64,000 bases of DNA, taken from contig NC_042997.1 of the NCBI RefSeq assembly GCF_006345805.1, forward strand, positions 8,618,001 to 8,682,000. The letters are read 5' to 3'. Of the stretch, positions 24,753 to 36,798 are shown piece by piece (positions within the stretch are counted from its first letter, which is position 1; each line of letters starts with the position of its first letter). The DNA is from Octopus sinensis (Eukaryota). Below the pieces are notes generated by a model that searched no databases, had not been told where the DNA came from, and saw only the letters and a program-made list of their open reading frames with translations. Made by a program: the position numbers and the translations under genes.

Positions 24753-24925
24753 TAATTCTTTTTTGGAATAGTGGATCTTGAAGCATGCAATATTGGGCTG
24801 GAAACCTCTTTTGGACAGCCTTTGTAATTTTCTACCTAAAAAAATTTTTCAGTCCAGTATCTACAGGCTGCTATTTTTTATAGCTTTATGTAGGCTTCAA
24901 GATCCACTATTTCGAAAACGAATTA
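24753..24925. mobile_element. ~170-bp MITE-like element
   Basis: 32-bp inverted repeats taattc..aatagtggatcttgaagc (24753-24784) and gcttcaagatccactatt..gaatta (24894-24925), about 3 mismatches. Confidence 0.65.
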
Positions 24926-25254
24926 TTAACATAGATAATTATCAATGACTCAAATAAAAGCAAATCTAAGACCTTATTTTGATGTTGACTGTAACTGAGA
25001 GAGAATTACAAAACTTCCTAAAGGGATATTTTTTCTTCATCCTTTCTAGCAAGAGATGAGGTTTAGCTTGTGTCTTTATACCATGAAATTCCCTGAAATA
25101 TACAATATTTTGTTACTTTTGTTTTCTTTTTGTAATTAGAACAACAAGTAAAGGTGTGCAAGACATCTGTGATTGAATAAACATACTTTTATATATGTAT
25201 GTATATGTATACATACATATGTATGCATCTGTGTGAGTGAGTGTATGTGTGTAG

Positions 25255-25301
<47 letters not shown>

Positions 25302-25503
25302 ATACATATAAATCATTTGCTTTAAATAAACTCAATGACCTGCAAACAATTTCATTCCTTTTACTCCTCTGATGATTTCACTTCTACATTTTTATGCTCA
25401 TCATAATGTGAGCTGATAATTTTTATTAATTTCTTTTACTTTTCTTTGTGTGTGATTTCTTAAATATATATTACCTATACTCACACCTGTCTTTGTTTCC
25501 TCT

Positions 25504-25555
<52 letters not shown>

Positions 25556-26499
25556 CCTCTCCCCCCCTCTCTCTCTCTCTCTTTCTCACACTTTCTTTAA
25601 TGTTTATTTGGTAGCTACTAATCACTTCATAACTTAAGTGAGTTAGAAAATAATCAAAAGCCAAGTAAGTTTTATCTTGGAGGAGCAGAAAGAAATAGAA
25701 ATGTGATTAGAAGTCAAATGCAGGACCAGTTCCTCCATTGAACCATTATTATTTGCATGATATAACCAATTTATCTTCAAAACTTCTATTGAAATAGAAA
25801 TTTAATTATGAGAATATTCACAAATATTTCCCTGGTTTACTTCTTTGTTGATATACTCGTTTATTTATCAATTTTCGTAAGTTTTTCTTCTTTTTTTTTT
25901 CCTTTTCTATAGTTTCTACATCATTTAAAAAAAATTTTGTAACTTATTCTAATCTATTTTATTTACTTATTTCCATTATTACTTTTTTATTTTGTTTGTG
26001 AGTGGATTATAACATCTGCTGTAAATACAGATCACGGAACATAGAAGATTGATTGATGCTATGTTGGTTTTTTAGCTCAAATCTTTTCTCAAGTTTTGCC
26101 TTCAAAATTATTTTTTAGATGCTTCTGTTGAAGGCTTCCTATATATAACTGGTTTTTTTTTTTATTTCTCTCTATATATATATTTTGTAAATATTTAGAA
26201 AGTTAAATTTTTGTATTTTCATTTCTTCTGTGGAAAGTTTTGAGAAAACAAATAAGCTCAGATGCCTAAGGCAAGTTAGATATCTGTAAAATTTTCTAAC
26301 TAAAAGTACATCATGAAGTGTCAAATAGATAGCAGTTAGGGAATGATAATGTTCTTGACAACAATGTGGGGGGGGGCGATAAGTTTGTGTATATATACGC
26401 ATGTATATCATCGTCATTACCTTCATCGTTATCAGCATCACCATCATCATCAGCATCCTCATCATCATTATAATCACCAACATCATCATCTTCAACTTC

Positions 26500-26920
26500 A
26501 TCTTCATCATTATTTTATGTCCACTCTTCCATGCTTGCACAGGTTAGGCAGAATAATGTTGAGGCAGATTTTCTGTATCTGGATGCTATTCTTGTGGCCA
26601 AGCCCCACCTTGTTTCCAGGCAAGGTAATATTTCCTTGTGACTAGACATGTTTTCACAGAATATGGAAATTACTGCTTGTATCACGGTTATATTCATTTG
26701 CAACTGTCATGACATCGAGACTAGGACACAGTAACACACGAACATGCAAACACATATATATGTATATATACATACATATACAATGAGCTTCTTTCAGTTT
26801 CTGTCTTTGGTTAGCTCAAGACTACAGTAGGAGATATTTGCCCAAGATACCATACAGTGGGAATGAACCTAGAACCCTATAGTTGGAAAGCAAGCATTTT
26901 TACCACATAGCCACTTCTGC
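26500..26920 (-). mobile_element. SINE with A-type head and RTE-type tail, plus (CAT)n low complexity
   Basis: Head gcagaagtggctatgtggtaaaa..; tail gcatggaagagtggacataaaataatgatg on the minus strand. Confidence 0.7.
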
Positions 26921-27060
26921 AAATATATATAGATATAAAGGAAAAAGAGGTAGTCAGAATTTTTGATAATTATTTATTTAGCACTTTCATCTCATTTCAA
27001 ATATTCATCATGAATAATCTTTTTTCAGAAAGTTTATGCCCATAATATATGTGTGTGGGT

Positions 27061-27295
27061 AAGGCAGTGAGCTGGCAGAAACAGCATGCCATGTGAAATG
27101 TTTAATGGTCTTTCATCTACCATTACATTCTGTGTTCATATTCCACCGAGGTAAACTTTGCATTTCATCCTTTCAGGGTCGATTAAATAAGTACCAGTTA
27201 CACACCAGGGTTGATGTAATTGTCTGTCCTTGTCTGTCCTTTGTCTGTCCTTGTTTGTCCCCTCTATGTTCAGCTCCCTGTGGGCAATAAAGAAA
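27061..27295 (+). mobile_element. SINE family B
   Basis: aaggcagtgagctggcagaa..gattaaataagtacc..gggcaataaagaaat. Confidence 0.85.
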
Positions 27296-27886
27296 TATGT
27301 GTGTGGGTAGTCTAAAGGACTGGAAGTGAAAGGGACAAAAGAGAAACTAAAACGTGACCCATGGTCATCATCACCTCTCATTTCCATTTCCTTTCGATGC
27401 CGATTGCCAAAGCAACCAATCAGGTTTCCCTTGTCTCCCACTTTCAACAGGGTTTGTTGTCTCTCCATTGTTCCTTTCACATCCAATTCTTTAGGATACC
27501 CTTCCTGGCATTACCCATTTTTCATATGATGTCTGAACCATAAGGCCTTATTCTGTTTATTTAATTCATTTTGTTAATATGTCCACATTCTGTAATGTTT
27601 GTAGTCATCTTTGTCCCTTGTCTATTCGCCTTTTGTCTCATCTTAAAAGTACAATTAATTTTTTTTGTTCCTATGTTCAGTTTTTGTCATGTTTCGTCCC
27701 TCCTTGTTTCTTTGCTTGCTTTTCCCTAGTGGGATCTCATCGCTGATGCCACCAAAGTGGGATAATGTTATTGTTAAAGGCATGAAATTGCTGCAATCTT
27801 ATGGACAATAACTGAAGTGGAGTTGGTGACATACTATGTGCGTATTTTCCATTTGTTTTATTTGTTCTTCTATATATTTTTTAAGC

Positions 27887-27925
<39 letters not shown>

Positions 27926-28003
27926 ACTAAAATCAACAACTATTGCAAATGTTACAAGATGCAATGAAAATTTTGGAAAAAATAACTAAATGAGTGGAAA
28001 TTT

Positions 28004-29045
28004 AACCAGTGTGTGTTAAATAATAAGGCACTAAAAGAGAATGACTATTCCCAGACACAATGAAATATGCTTCAACACACGAATTCACAAAAAGAATCTT
28101 GCAAACTAAATATAGCATCGAAATAGAAATTATAAGAACTTCATAGAAGATAGATAAAAAAACTCAGTAAGTGACCTCTATGTGTCTTCCTCTTCATATT
28201 TCTCTCTTTTACTTGTTTTAGACATTTGACTGTGGCTATGCTGGAGCACCACCTTTAGTTGAGCAAATCGACCCCAGGACTTATTCTTTGTAAGCCTAGT
28301 ACTTATTCTATCAGTCTCTTTTGCCAAACTGCTAAGTTACAGGGACGTAAACACACCAGCATCGGTTGTCAAGCGATGTTGGAGGGACAAACACAGACAC
28401 TCAAACATGCAAACACAAACACATATACATATATACATGTATACAAATATGACGGGCTTCTTTCAGTTTCTATCTACCAAATCCACTCACGAGGCTTTGG
28501 TCAGCCCAAGGTTATAGTAGAAGACACTTACCCAAGGTGCCATGCAGTGGGACTGAACCCAGAACCATGTGGTTGGTAAGCAAGCTACTTACCACACAGC
28601 CACACCTATATAGATAACTCATTATAAATGGCCGAAGGTGAATAACCTGTCTGCAACCAGTCTGTGTGTTAAATAATAAGGTACTAAAGGAGAATGAATC
28701 TCCCCAGACTCAATGAAATGTGCTTCAACACACAAATTAACATAAAGAATCTTGCAAACAAAATACAAAAATGAAATAGAAATTATAAGAACTTTATAGA
28801 AGATTGATAAAAAAATTCAGCAAGTGACCTCCATGTGTCTTCCTCTTCATATTTCTTAATTTCAAATTAAAATTACTGATCTCACCTCACATTATGAGTG
28901 AATAGTATAAAAGGTGGATAAAGTTCAGGAAGCTCTTTAATATGTTGGCAATAAAAATTTTATTATTCTTCCACAAAAGCAGACAATATGTAGCATTTAT
29001 AGGGAGTGCAATATTGGCATTGCTTAAGGGCATGAAAACAATTAT
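28004..29045. repeat. Partial tandem of an unclassified ~425-bp unit, interrupted by a SINE
   Basis: 28004-28204 matches 28655-28856; 28877-29045 and 28621-28657 match 31153-31357. Confidence 0.75.
28201..28608 (-). mobile_element. SINE family A
   Basis: Full reverse-complement match. Confidence 0.9.
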
Positions 29046-29479
29046 AGAGGATTTGGAAACTGAGATAGAATTAAGTCAAATATGATGTTCCATACTAGAT
29101 GTTAAATAGCATGGGAAACTAAAGCACAAATGAGTTAGAATGTGACATGATGTATGCAAAAAAACAAAAAAAAGAAACCCACTGCACTTCTATGGACATT
29201 TGATATACTGAGTAAAAAATCTACATTGGACTAACGGAAAAATATACCCAAGGCTGAAGTAGATCAAGAACTGTACATAAAGAAATGGTGTGATCAGATC
29301 ATACTATGACAATTTCCACAGTTGAGGTGACATAAGATTCAGGTAAGTTATAAATTGGCATGTTGCAATTTGTTTAATTAATATCATAGAACAATCAAAT
29401 ATTGAAGTAATGATTACCATGATGAGGATGGGGAGGATGTTTATACACATACATGTGAATATATATTCATATATGTCTC

Positions 29480-29652
29480 TCTCATGGTTGGCATTAGGAA
29501 GGGCATTCAGCTGTAGAAACACTGCTAGATCAGACTGGAGCCTGGTGCAGCCTCCTGGCTTCCCAGACACCAGTCGAACTGTCCAACCCATGCTAGCATG
29601 GAAAACGGACGTTAAATGATGATAATGATGATGATGATGATGATGAAGATGA
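29480..29652 (+). mobile_element. RTE 3' tail fragment
   Basis: ggttggcattaggaagggcat..ccaacccatgctagcatggaaaacggacgttaaatgatgat. Confidence 0.85.
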
Positions 29653-30652
29653 TTATGAAGCATAAATATGTATGTATACACACACACATCTTGAGCCTAT
29701 AAACTCATTAAGCTGAACTAAGATACTCTCCAATGCAAAAATCAAAGCTATGACCTAATGATTCTGAGTCTAATACGCAAACCACTGTCAATTGCCTTCA
29801 AACACACAACCACACAAACACACACGCACACACACAAACACACACATACACACACACACACACACGTGCATATACTCATTATTGTCACTTTATAACTTAG
29901 CCAGATGTTTCAACTCATTTCTATGGAGAAGATTGATTTTACTTCAGACAATGTTCATACATTCCGTTATAAAGAGGAAGTAAAAAGAGCAGTCTGGAGG
30001 AAAGTAATGAGAGGAAAAGGAAGAGGAAGTGAAGGAGAATGAGAAAACAGAGAAGAGGAAAGAAAATGAATGAGGGTATTGGAAGGAGAGGAGGAAGTGA
30101 AAGGATAAAAAGAAAAAAACTATGAGAAACAGGGGATGTAGAATGGTAGGAAAGAGCTAAGAATTACATAATAATTGAATGGAACCAGAAACTAAGCAGG
30201 GGAGAGGGGGGTAGCTAATTTAAGCATTGTGGTAAGTTGTGGTAATTAACATGCTGGAAAATAATTAATAACGATAAAGATAATTAGAGTAATAATGATA
30301 ATTGTGATACTAATACTAATGGTACAATGAAAATAAGATTAAAATAACATGAAAAGATAATAATAGTACTAGCAATAATTATCATTATGCTGAGAATTAT
30401 TGTCAGTACTACTATTATTAAATTTCATATTTTCTGTTATTTCGTTATTTTATTTTTATTTTTAGGCCAACTATTATGAGGAATACTATTACAATTATCA
30501 TTATATCATTATTTATATTTTAGGTCAACTTTACCATTCATCCCTCCAAAGTTGATAAAAAAAGTACCATTCACTTCCAAGGGTATCAACTAACCTCCAT
30601 CCTTCAAAATTGCTGCCATTGTATCTAAATTAGAAATGCTTATTATTACTAT

Positions 30653-30860
30653 TGGCGGCAAGCTGGCAAAATCATTAACCTGTTGAGCAAAATGCTAAAT
30701 GGTATTTCGTCTGCTCTTTACATACTGAGTTCAAATTGAACCAAGGTAAACTTTACCTTTCATCCCTTTAGAGTCAATAAAAAAAGTACCAATTGTGTAC
30801 TGGAATTGATGTAATCAGCAATCCCGCTCCTCCAAATTCCAGGCCTATAGTAGATAGGAT
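30653..30860 (+). mobile_element. SINE family B (diverged)
   Basis: ggcggcaagctggca..ctgagttcaaatt..tttcatccc..aagtacc. Confidence 0.75.
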
Positions 30861-30884
30861 TATCATTATTATTATTATTACATA

Positions 30885-31151
30885 GGGAAATCTAAATCAA
30901 AATCAAATTCAATGACTGGCATCCATGCTAGCAGGGTGCAAAGAGCACCATACGAGTGTGATCATTGACAGAGCAGCTAACTGGCTTCCATGCCAGTGGC
31001 ACATAAAAGGTACCATTCGAGTGTGATCATTACCAGCGTCACCTTACAGGCACTTGAGCCCCATGCTAGTCGGGTGCTAAGAGCACCATCTGAGTGTGAT
31101 GATGCAGGTGGCACATAAAAAGAAACCATTTGAGCGTGGCCATTGCCAGTA
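30885..31151 (+). mobile_element. RTE 3'UTR internal fragment
   Basis: aaatcaaattcaatgactggcatcc..gtggcacataaaa subrepeats, as at 14130-14410. Confidence 0.8.
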
Positions 31152-31152
31152 T

Positions 31153-31357
31153 TGATCTCACCTCACATTATGAGTGAATAGTATAAAAGATGGATAAAGT
31201 TCAGGAAGCTCTTTAATATGTTGGCAATAAAAAGTTTATTATTCTTCCACAAAAGCAGACAATATGTAGCGTTTTTGAGGAGCGCAATATTAGCATTGCT
31301 GAAGGGCATGAAAGCAATTATTAGAAATAGCTGAAGGTGAATAACCTCTCTACAACT
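31153..31357. repeat. Further copy of the ~425-bp unit
   Basis: Matches 28877-29045 and then 28621-28657. Confidence 0.75.
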
Positions 31358-31594
31358 GGAGGAAGGAACATATGCACCTCACATACAAGTACAACCATAC
31401 TTCTCTAAAGAAACAAGAGTAGAAACATTTGACCAATAATAAAAACAAAAACTGAATATCCCTACTCAAGCTGTAAGATTGCGATTTTCATTACTGCGGG
31501 TCACTGTAACCAACTGGTTAGACATTAAAGGAGATTCTCTAATGTTTCCACCAAGAATGCAATAGCATAACTTTTGTAAGAGTTATTTACGATA

Positions 31595-31634
<40 letters not shown>

Positions 31635-31748
31635 GTGTGTGTGTGTGAACGAATGCACATGCATGGATATATATATGTATATGTAAATACATAGAAATAC
31701 ACATGCACACGCATACACATGTATATGTATGTATGCTATATATATATA

Positions 31749-32855
31749 CTAGCAGTATCACCCGGTGTTGCTTGGGTTTGTTTCCACCCTTTAGAATTGG
31801 AATTTTTGAATTATGTAGCATTATGTAGCTTGTTATTCTCTTCAAGTGAACATTTTTCCAGTTGAAATACACCGAAAAATGGTGACACAGCAGTCAAAAA
31901 TCGTAAAAAATAGGGATTTTCATAGAAAAAAAAGCACTTTTTTGATGTAAATAATTTTTGGTGTTAACGTGGTCCTATTTGAATTTTATCTTCTTCAGAA
32001 TGAAGAGCAAGCCTTCTTCTATCATACTCTCAATTTTGGTCAACTTGTGCTGCAGGGTCTCGAAGGAGATAGTGTTAGTTAAAGGCTACCAAACCTGCCA
32101 CACACACAGACAACTTCAGCTTTATATATATAGATTTGCTACACACTACTTTCCATCCTTAATAATGAAACTTGGTAGATCCAAAAGTTAAACACACAGA
32201 CACACACACAGATACACACACAGACACACAAGTTGAGTTTTATATATATAGATTTCTCAATGGGGATTTCAGGGGAGAGTTTCAGGGAGTCACTGGCGAT
32301 GTATTGTGATGATTAAAAATCCAGCCTGCTAAAATTCGGTTAAAGTGATTCAAACTGCAGACTCAACGCAAAATGGTCACATTTAATTCAAAGCATTAAA
32401 AATGTTATGAAAACAATTGGTATGTGTTCACGAAGTCCAAACGATTAATACGAAAAAACCCTCCAGGCTACATCCTGAAAATTCATTTCTTTGCCAAATT
32501 TCTACTATGTTTACGGCAATTCGTTTTTATATCTTGATTTTTTACTTTTTATGCAATTTACGCATGCTTGCACGCGTGGTGAACACAGTTCACGTTAAAC
32601 AGCTGACTGAGTAAAGTTCACTATTCAATGCATGGGATAAGGCCTAAACAAGCACATTATCGAACTTTGCACTTATGAGATGAATTTCGGAACAGAAATA
32701 GCACAGTTCAATTTTCATTCGTCTAAACTTTAAGTGACCCAATATTGGTGGTTCTATGATTTGTTGGCTAGGAGGAGATGTGCCGGGAAGTTAAACACAC
32801 AGACACACACACAGATACACACACAGACACACAAGTTGAGTTTTATATATATAGA
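31749..32855 (-). mobile_element. Composite Helitron (H2 body plus two extra 5' termini)
   Basis: CTAG end at 31749 with hairpin; TCtatatatataaa-type 5' ends at 32134, 32252 and 32855. Confidence 0.75.
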
Positions 32856-33286
32856 TATATATATTATGTATATACACATATACATGTAAAAAACACATAT
32901 ACATTGATTTTATCATATTACTTACACAACACAAGTTCAGGAGAAATATTATTAGCATGACATTGCTTCTATGAAGTTTAAGACATTTGGAGTATTCCCA
33001 CAGGAGTCAAAAATGAAATTAAAAACAAGAGATTTAAATAATCATTTTTGCACATGTTGCTTAAAAAAAGCATAAAGATAAGCATTTCCTTCTTAATCTT
33101 CATATAACATTTCAAAAACATTCAGACAACAGATATTTCAAGAGAAGATAGGATTGGATTACCAGCTGAATGATCTGAAACATGTAACTTGGAGTACTGG
33201 AATTAAGGGCCTATTACATTTAATGTATTAAAGAGTATTCTCTACTTCCATATTAAGTTTTGTAAATTATCACTTCTCAGGATATA

Positions 33287-33680
33287 TCTATATATATAAA
33301 ACTGTAGTTGTGTGAGTGTCTGTCCCCTTCGATTTAGATTCGTAACTACTCCCACATTTTGCAGTGCAGTTTAACCAAAAGCGGGTATCTTATAGTCGTG
33401 ATTCATATCGAGCCCTTCTGGGTATTAGCACACGTCTACGATGAGTCTACGATTTTAAAAATAATTTACCATCATTTTTTTCCATTTTCATGCATATTCT
33501 TTTAAAGGGAAGTACCTCTCTAAAAATGTCTACGATGAGTCAACGATTTAAAAAAAAATTTACCATCATATTTTTTCCATTTTTAATGCAATTTTTTGCT
33601 AATTTTTGGCTATAACTCTCTAAAAATGCTGTATAGTTATTTCCCTTACAAACCCGAGCAACGCCGGGTGATACTGTTAG
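33287..33680 (+). mobile_element. Non-autonomous Helitron (family H1)
   Basis: A|TCtatatatataaaactg..cccgagcaacgccggg..TTAG|T; internal duplication of gtctacgatgagtc..tttaccatcat. Confidence 0.85.
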
Positions 33681-33696
33681 TATACATATATAAATA

Positions 33697-33995
33697 AGAA
33701 ACCCCTTCAGTCATGCATGACCATAGGATTGTACCTAGATAGTTACTCTCCAAGGTACAAGTCCAGGTAAGATTGTTTATGGGAGACCATCAGTTACCCT
33801 TACAAGTCTGCCCTCTCCATTTCACCAATGGTATCCAGGGGGAAAGGCAAAGGTTGATACAGCTTGGCACCAGTGATGTCGCAACTCATTTCTACAGCTG
33901 AGTGAACTGAAGCAAAGTGAAATAAAGTGTCTTGCTCAAGAACACAACACACAACACAGTCTTTGAATTGAGCTCATTACCTCATGATTGGGCAT
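33697..33995 (-). mobile_element. SINE family F
   Basis: Reverse complement of the 58748-59097 element body (cttgagcaagacactttatttc..ctcagctgtagaaatgag). Confidence 0.8.
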
Positions 33996-34025
33996 ATTTG
34001 TTTGCTAATATTAGCATATGGTAAA

Positions 34026-34240
34026 AGGCAGCAACCTGGAAGAATTGCTAACCTGCCAGGCAAAAAAGTTTGTGGCATTTCATCCATCTTTACATTCTGA
34101 GTTCAAATTCCACCAAGGATGATTTTGTCTTTCAGTCTTTCGGGGTTGATAAAATAAGTATCATTTGAACACTAGGGTGAATATAATTGACTTGATCCCT
34201 CCCTCTAAATTGCTGGCCTTGTGCCAAAATTTGAAACCAA
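34026..34240 (+). mobile_element. SINE family B (diverged)
   Basis: ttctgagttcaaattccacc..ttcggggttgataaaataagta. Confidence 0.8.
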
Positions 34241-34244
34241 TATT

Positions 34245-34648
34245 TATTCTTTTACATGTTTCAGTCATTTGACTGCAGACGTGCTGGAACACCACCTTTA
34301 GGGGTTTTAGTCGAAGAAATCAACCCCAGAGCTTATTCTTTGTAACCTGAGTACTTATTCCATTAGTTTCCTCTACTGAACCACTAAGTCACAGGTATGT
34401 ACACACACCGACATCAGTTGTCAAGCGATGGTGGAGGAGACAAACACAGACACTAAGTCATGCACACATAAATATATACATACAATGGGCTTCTTTCAGT
34501 TTCTGTCCACCAAATTCACTCACGAGACTTCAATCAGTCCAAAGGCTATAGTAAAAGATGCTTGCCCAAGATGCCACAATGTGGGATTGAACACAGAATC
34601 ATGTGGTTGGGAAGCAAGATTCTTATCAAACAGTCATGCCTGCACCTA
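34245..34648 (-). mobile_element. SINE family A (diverged)
   Basis: Reverse-complement match. Confidence 0.85.
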
Positions 34649-34725
34649 TTGAGTATAGTAACAAAACAATGAGTTTTCTAGGTGACTGTGATAGCATAAC
34701 CTTTTCTATTAGTAAATTTAATTTT

Positions 34726-35147
34726 CTAGATGGCATTAAGACGACATCAAAATTATATAATACCTTTTTAAAGAAAGATTTCTGACTCTGGTTCAAAAAG
34801 CAAAAACTTTCATTCAAGAGAAAGTTGGTCTTCATGCAAGATAATGCCCTGTCTCATGCAACGAAGAATTCTAAAGAATACCTGCAGTAAATAGGCTTCT
34901 CTGGAGGTCACTTGGTGAGTGGCCACCTTGCACTCCTGACTTAAACCCAATGAAGAACTTATGGGGTATTCTGAAGAGCCGTGTTTAACAAGATGGATGA
35001 CAGTGTTGAAGAAAAGTTGCCCTCTGGGAGGCTATTGTAGATGCTGCTCAAAGCATGACGCAAGAGGATATCATCATCTTGACAAATTCAATGGATGAGT
35101 GCATAGGGAAGGTTACTGCATGTGGAGAATCATACATTAAACATTAG
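34726..35147 (+). mobile_element. Tc1-superfamily transposase relic, DD37E (TRT)-like
   Basis: WFKKQKLSFKRKLVFMQDNALSHA..EWPPCTPDLNPMKNLWGILK; 37 residues between the second D and the E position after one frameshift correction. Confidence 0.8.
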
Positions 35148-35519
35148 GGGCTTTATGACATCATAATCCCATGGTTATTTTCATATGAACTTATCATTAT
35201 GTTTACCATGAAAATTATGAATAATTTTTTTGTTAAACCTTTACTATTGAATTAAATAAACGTTTGTTCTGACACAATTACCATTTCCATTATACTTGCC
35301 TATTAATTTGTGATGGTGAAAATGCTATCAACTATTTCTAGTTTCTTCCCCTGGCATCTGATGGAATCTGTTTTCTGTGCATCTTCAGTATTTTGCTCAC
35401 ACAAAAGCTATCATCCTGGTTAGCCTTCCTTTGATGTTACTGCACTACTTATGTGTCTATAGTTTACACTGGGTACATCTTATGGAGTTTCTACCTACAC
35501 TTTTTCACAGATCAAGCAG

Positions 35520-36790
35520 GGCCATCTGCCTGAAGGAGTCTGTGATGTGTTCACCTTCCTACTTACTAGGACTTTGGTTTTTTGCAACATTGACTCTAAG
35601 GCCCTTCGATTCTAAACCTTGCTTCCACACCTCAAATTTCTTCTCTAGTTCTGGTAGTGATTCCACTATGAGAGCAAGGTCATCAGCAGAGAGGAGCTCT
35701 CAGGGGCAGCCTGTCTTGAATTCCTCTGTTATTGCTTCGAGGAGTATGATGAATAAGAGGGGGCTGAGGACAACACCTACTTCTACCTGGGATTCTTCAC
35801 TATACTCATTGCCAACCCTTACCTTACTGACTGCATCCCTGTACAGCTCTTATTAACCACTCGTCTATTCCAAGTTTCTGCATCACCCACCAGATAAAGG
35901 ATCAGGGGACCCTGTCAAAGGCTTTCTCCAAGTCAACAAAAGCTAAGTATAGAGATTCATCTTTGGCTAGGTATTTCTCCTGCAATAGCTTTGCCAGAAG
36001 TATAGCATCAATAGTGCTTCTACCTGGCACAAAACTGAACTGCATCTCATCTAAGCAGTCTCTCTCCCTTATTAGGTGACCTTCATCACCTGATTCAGCA
36101 GTTTGATATCCCTGTAGTTATTTCTACCTAAAGCATCACCTTTACCTTCATAGCATTTGACTATGGTGCTGCTACATCAATCATTTGGCGTGACTCCTTC
36201 TTGAACTACCTGATTTACAATACAGGTGGCTAGACCATAACCCACACCACCAGATATTTTAAGTATCTCAGCAGTGATTCCTGATGGGCTGGGGGCTTTC
36301 CTGACTTCATATTCCTAATTGCCTTATCTACCAGGGTGCTAGAGATTCAGGTAGCTTGTCCCTCAAGTGAGTCAAAATTTGGCAGGCCCTCCTGCTCTTA
36401 TTCATTCTCCACATTCAGCAGCCTTTCATAATGGCATCTCCAAGCCTCTTTCTTTACAGAATCATTAAGATCATTAAAAGGCAGTGAGCTGGCAGAGACA
36501 TTAGCACACCGGACGAAATGCTTAGCGGTATTTCATCTGCCGCTAACGTTCTGAGTCCAAATTCCGCCGAGGTCGACTTTGCTTTTCATCCTTTCGGGGT
36601 CGATTAAATAAGTACCAGTTACACACTGGGGTCGATGTAATCGACTTAATCCCTTTGTCTGTCCTTGTTTGTCCCCTCTGTGTGTAGCCTCTTGTGGGCA
36701 ATAAAGAAATAAGAATCATTAAAAGCAAGTGCACCACCATCTATACAGACACATTTCTCTCCTGTAACATCACAATTTTCTCTTACACAC
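35520..36790 (-). mobile_element. RTE LINE reverse transcriptase fragment
   Basis: Minus strand FVDLEKAFDRVP (~35905-35940) and ELLSADDLALI (~35668-35700); interrupted by a SINE B. Confidence 0.88.
36479..36712 (+). mobile_element. SINE family B, young copy inserted in the RTE
   Basis: CpG-rich; flanked by the duplicated atcattaaaag. Confidence 0.9.
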
Positions 36791-36798
36791 GAATGTAT

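Noticed and set aside
28259-28579. Recurrent peptide family ending RCHAVGLNPEPCGW
   Set aside because: Antisense translation of SINE A; frames are not conserved between copies.
35377-35856. Longest ORF (159 aa, + strand)
   Set aside because: Antisense shadow of the RTE reverse transcriptase on the minus strand.
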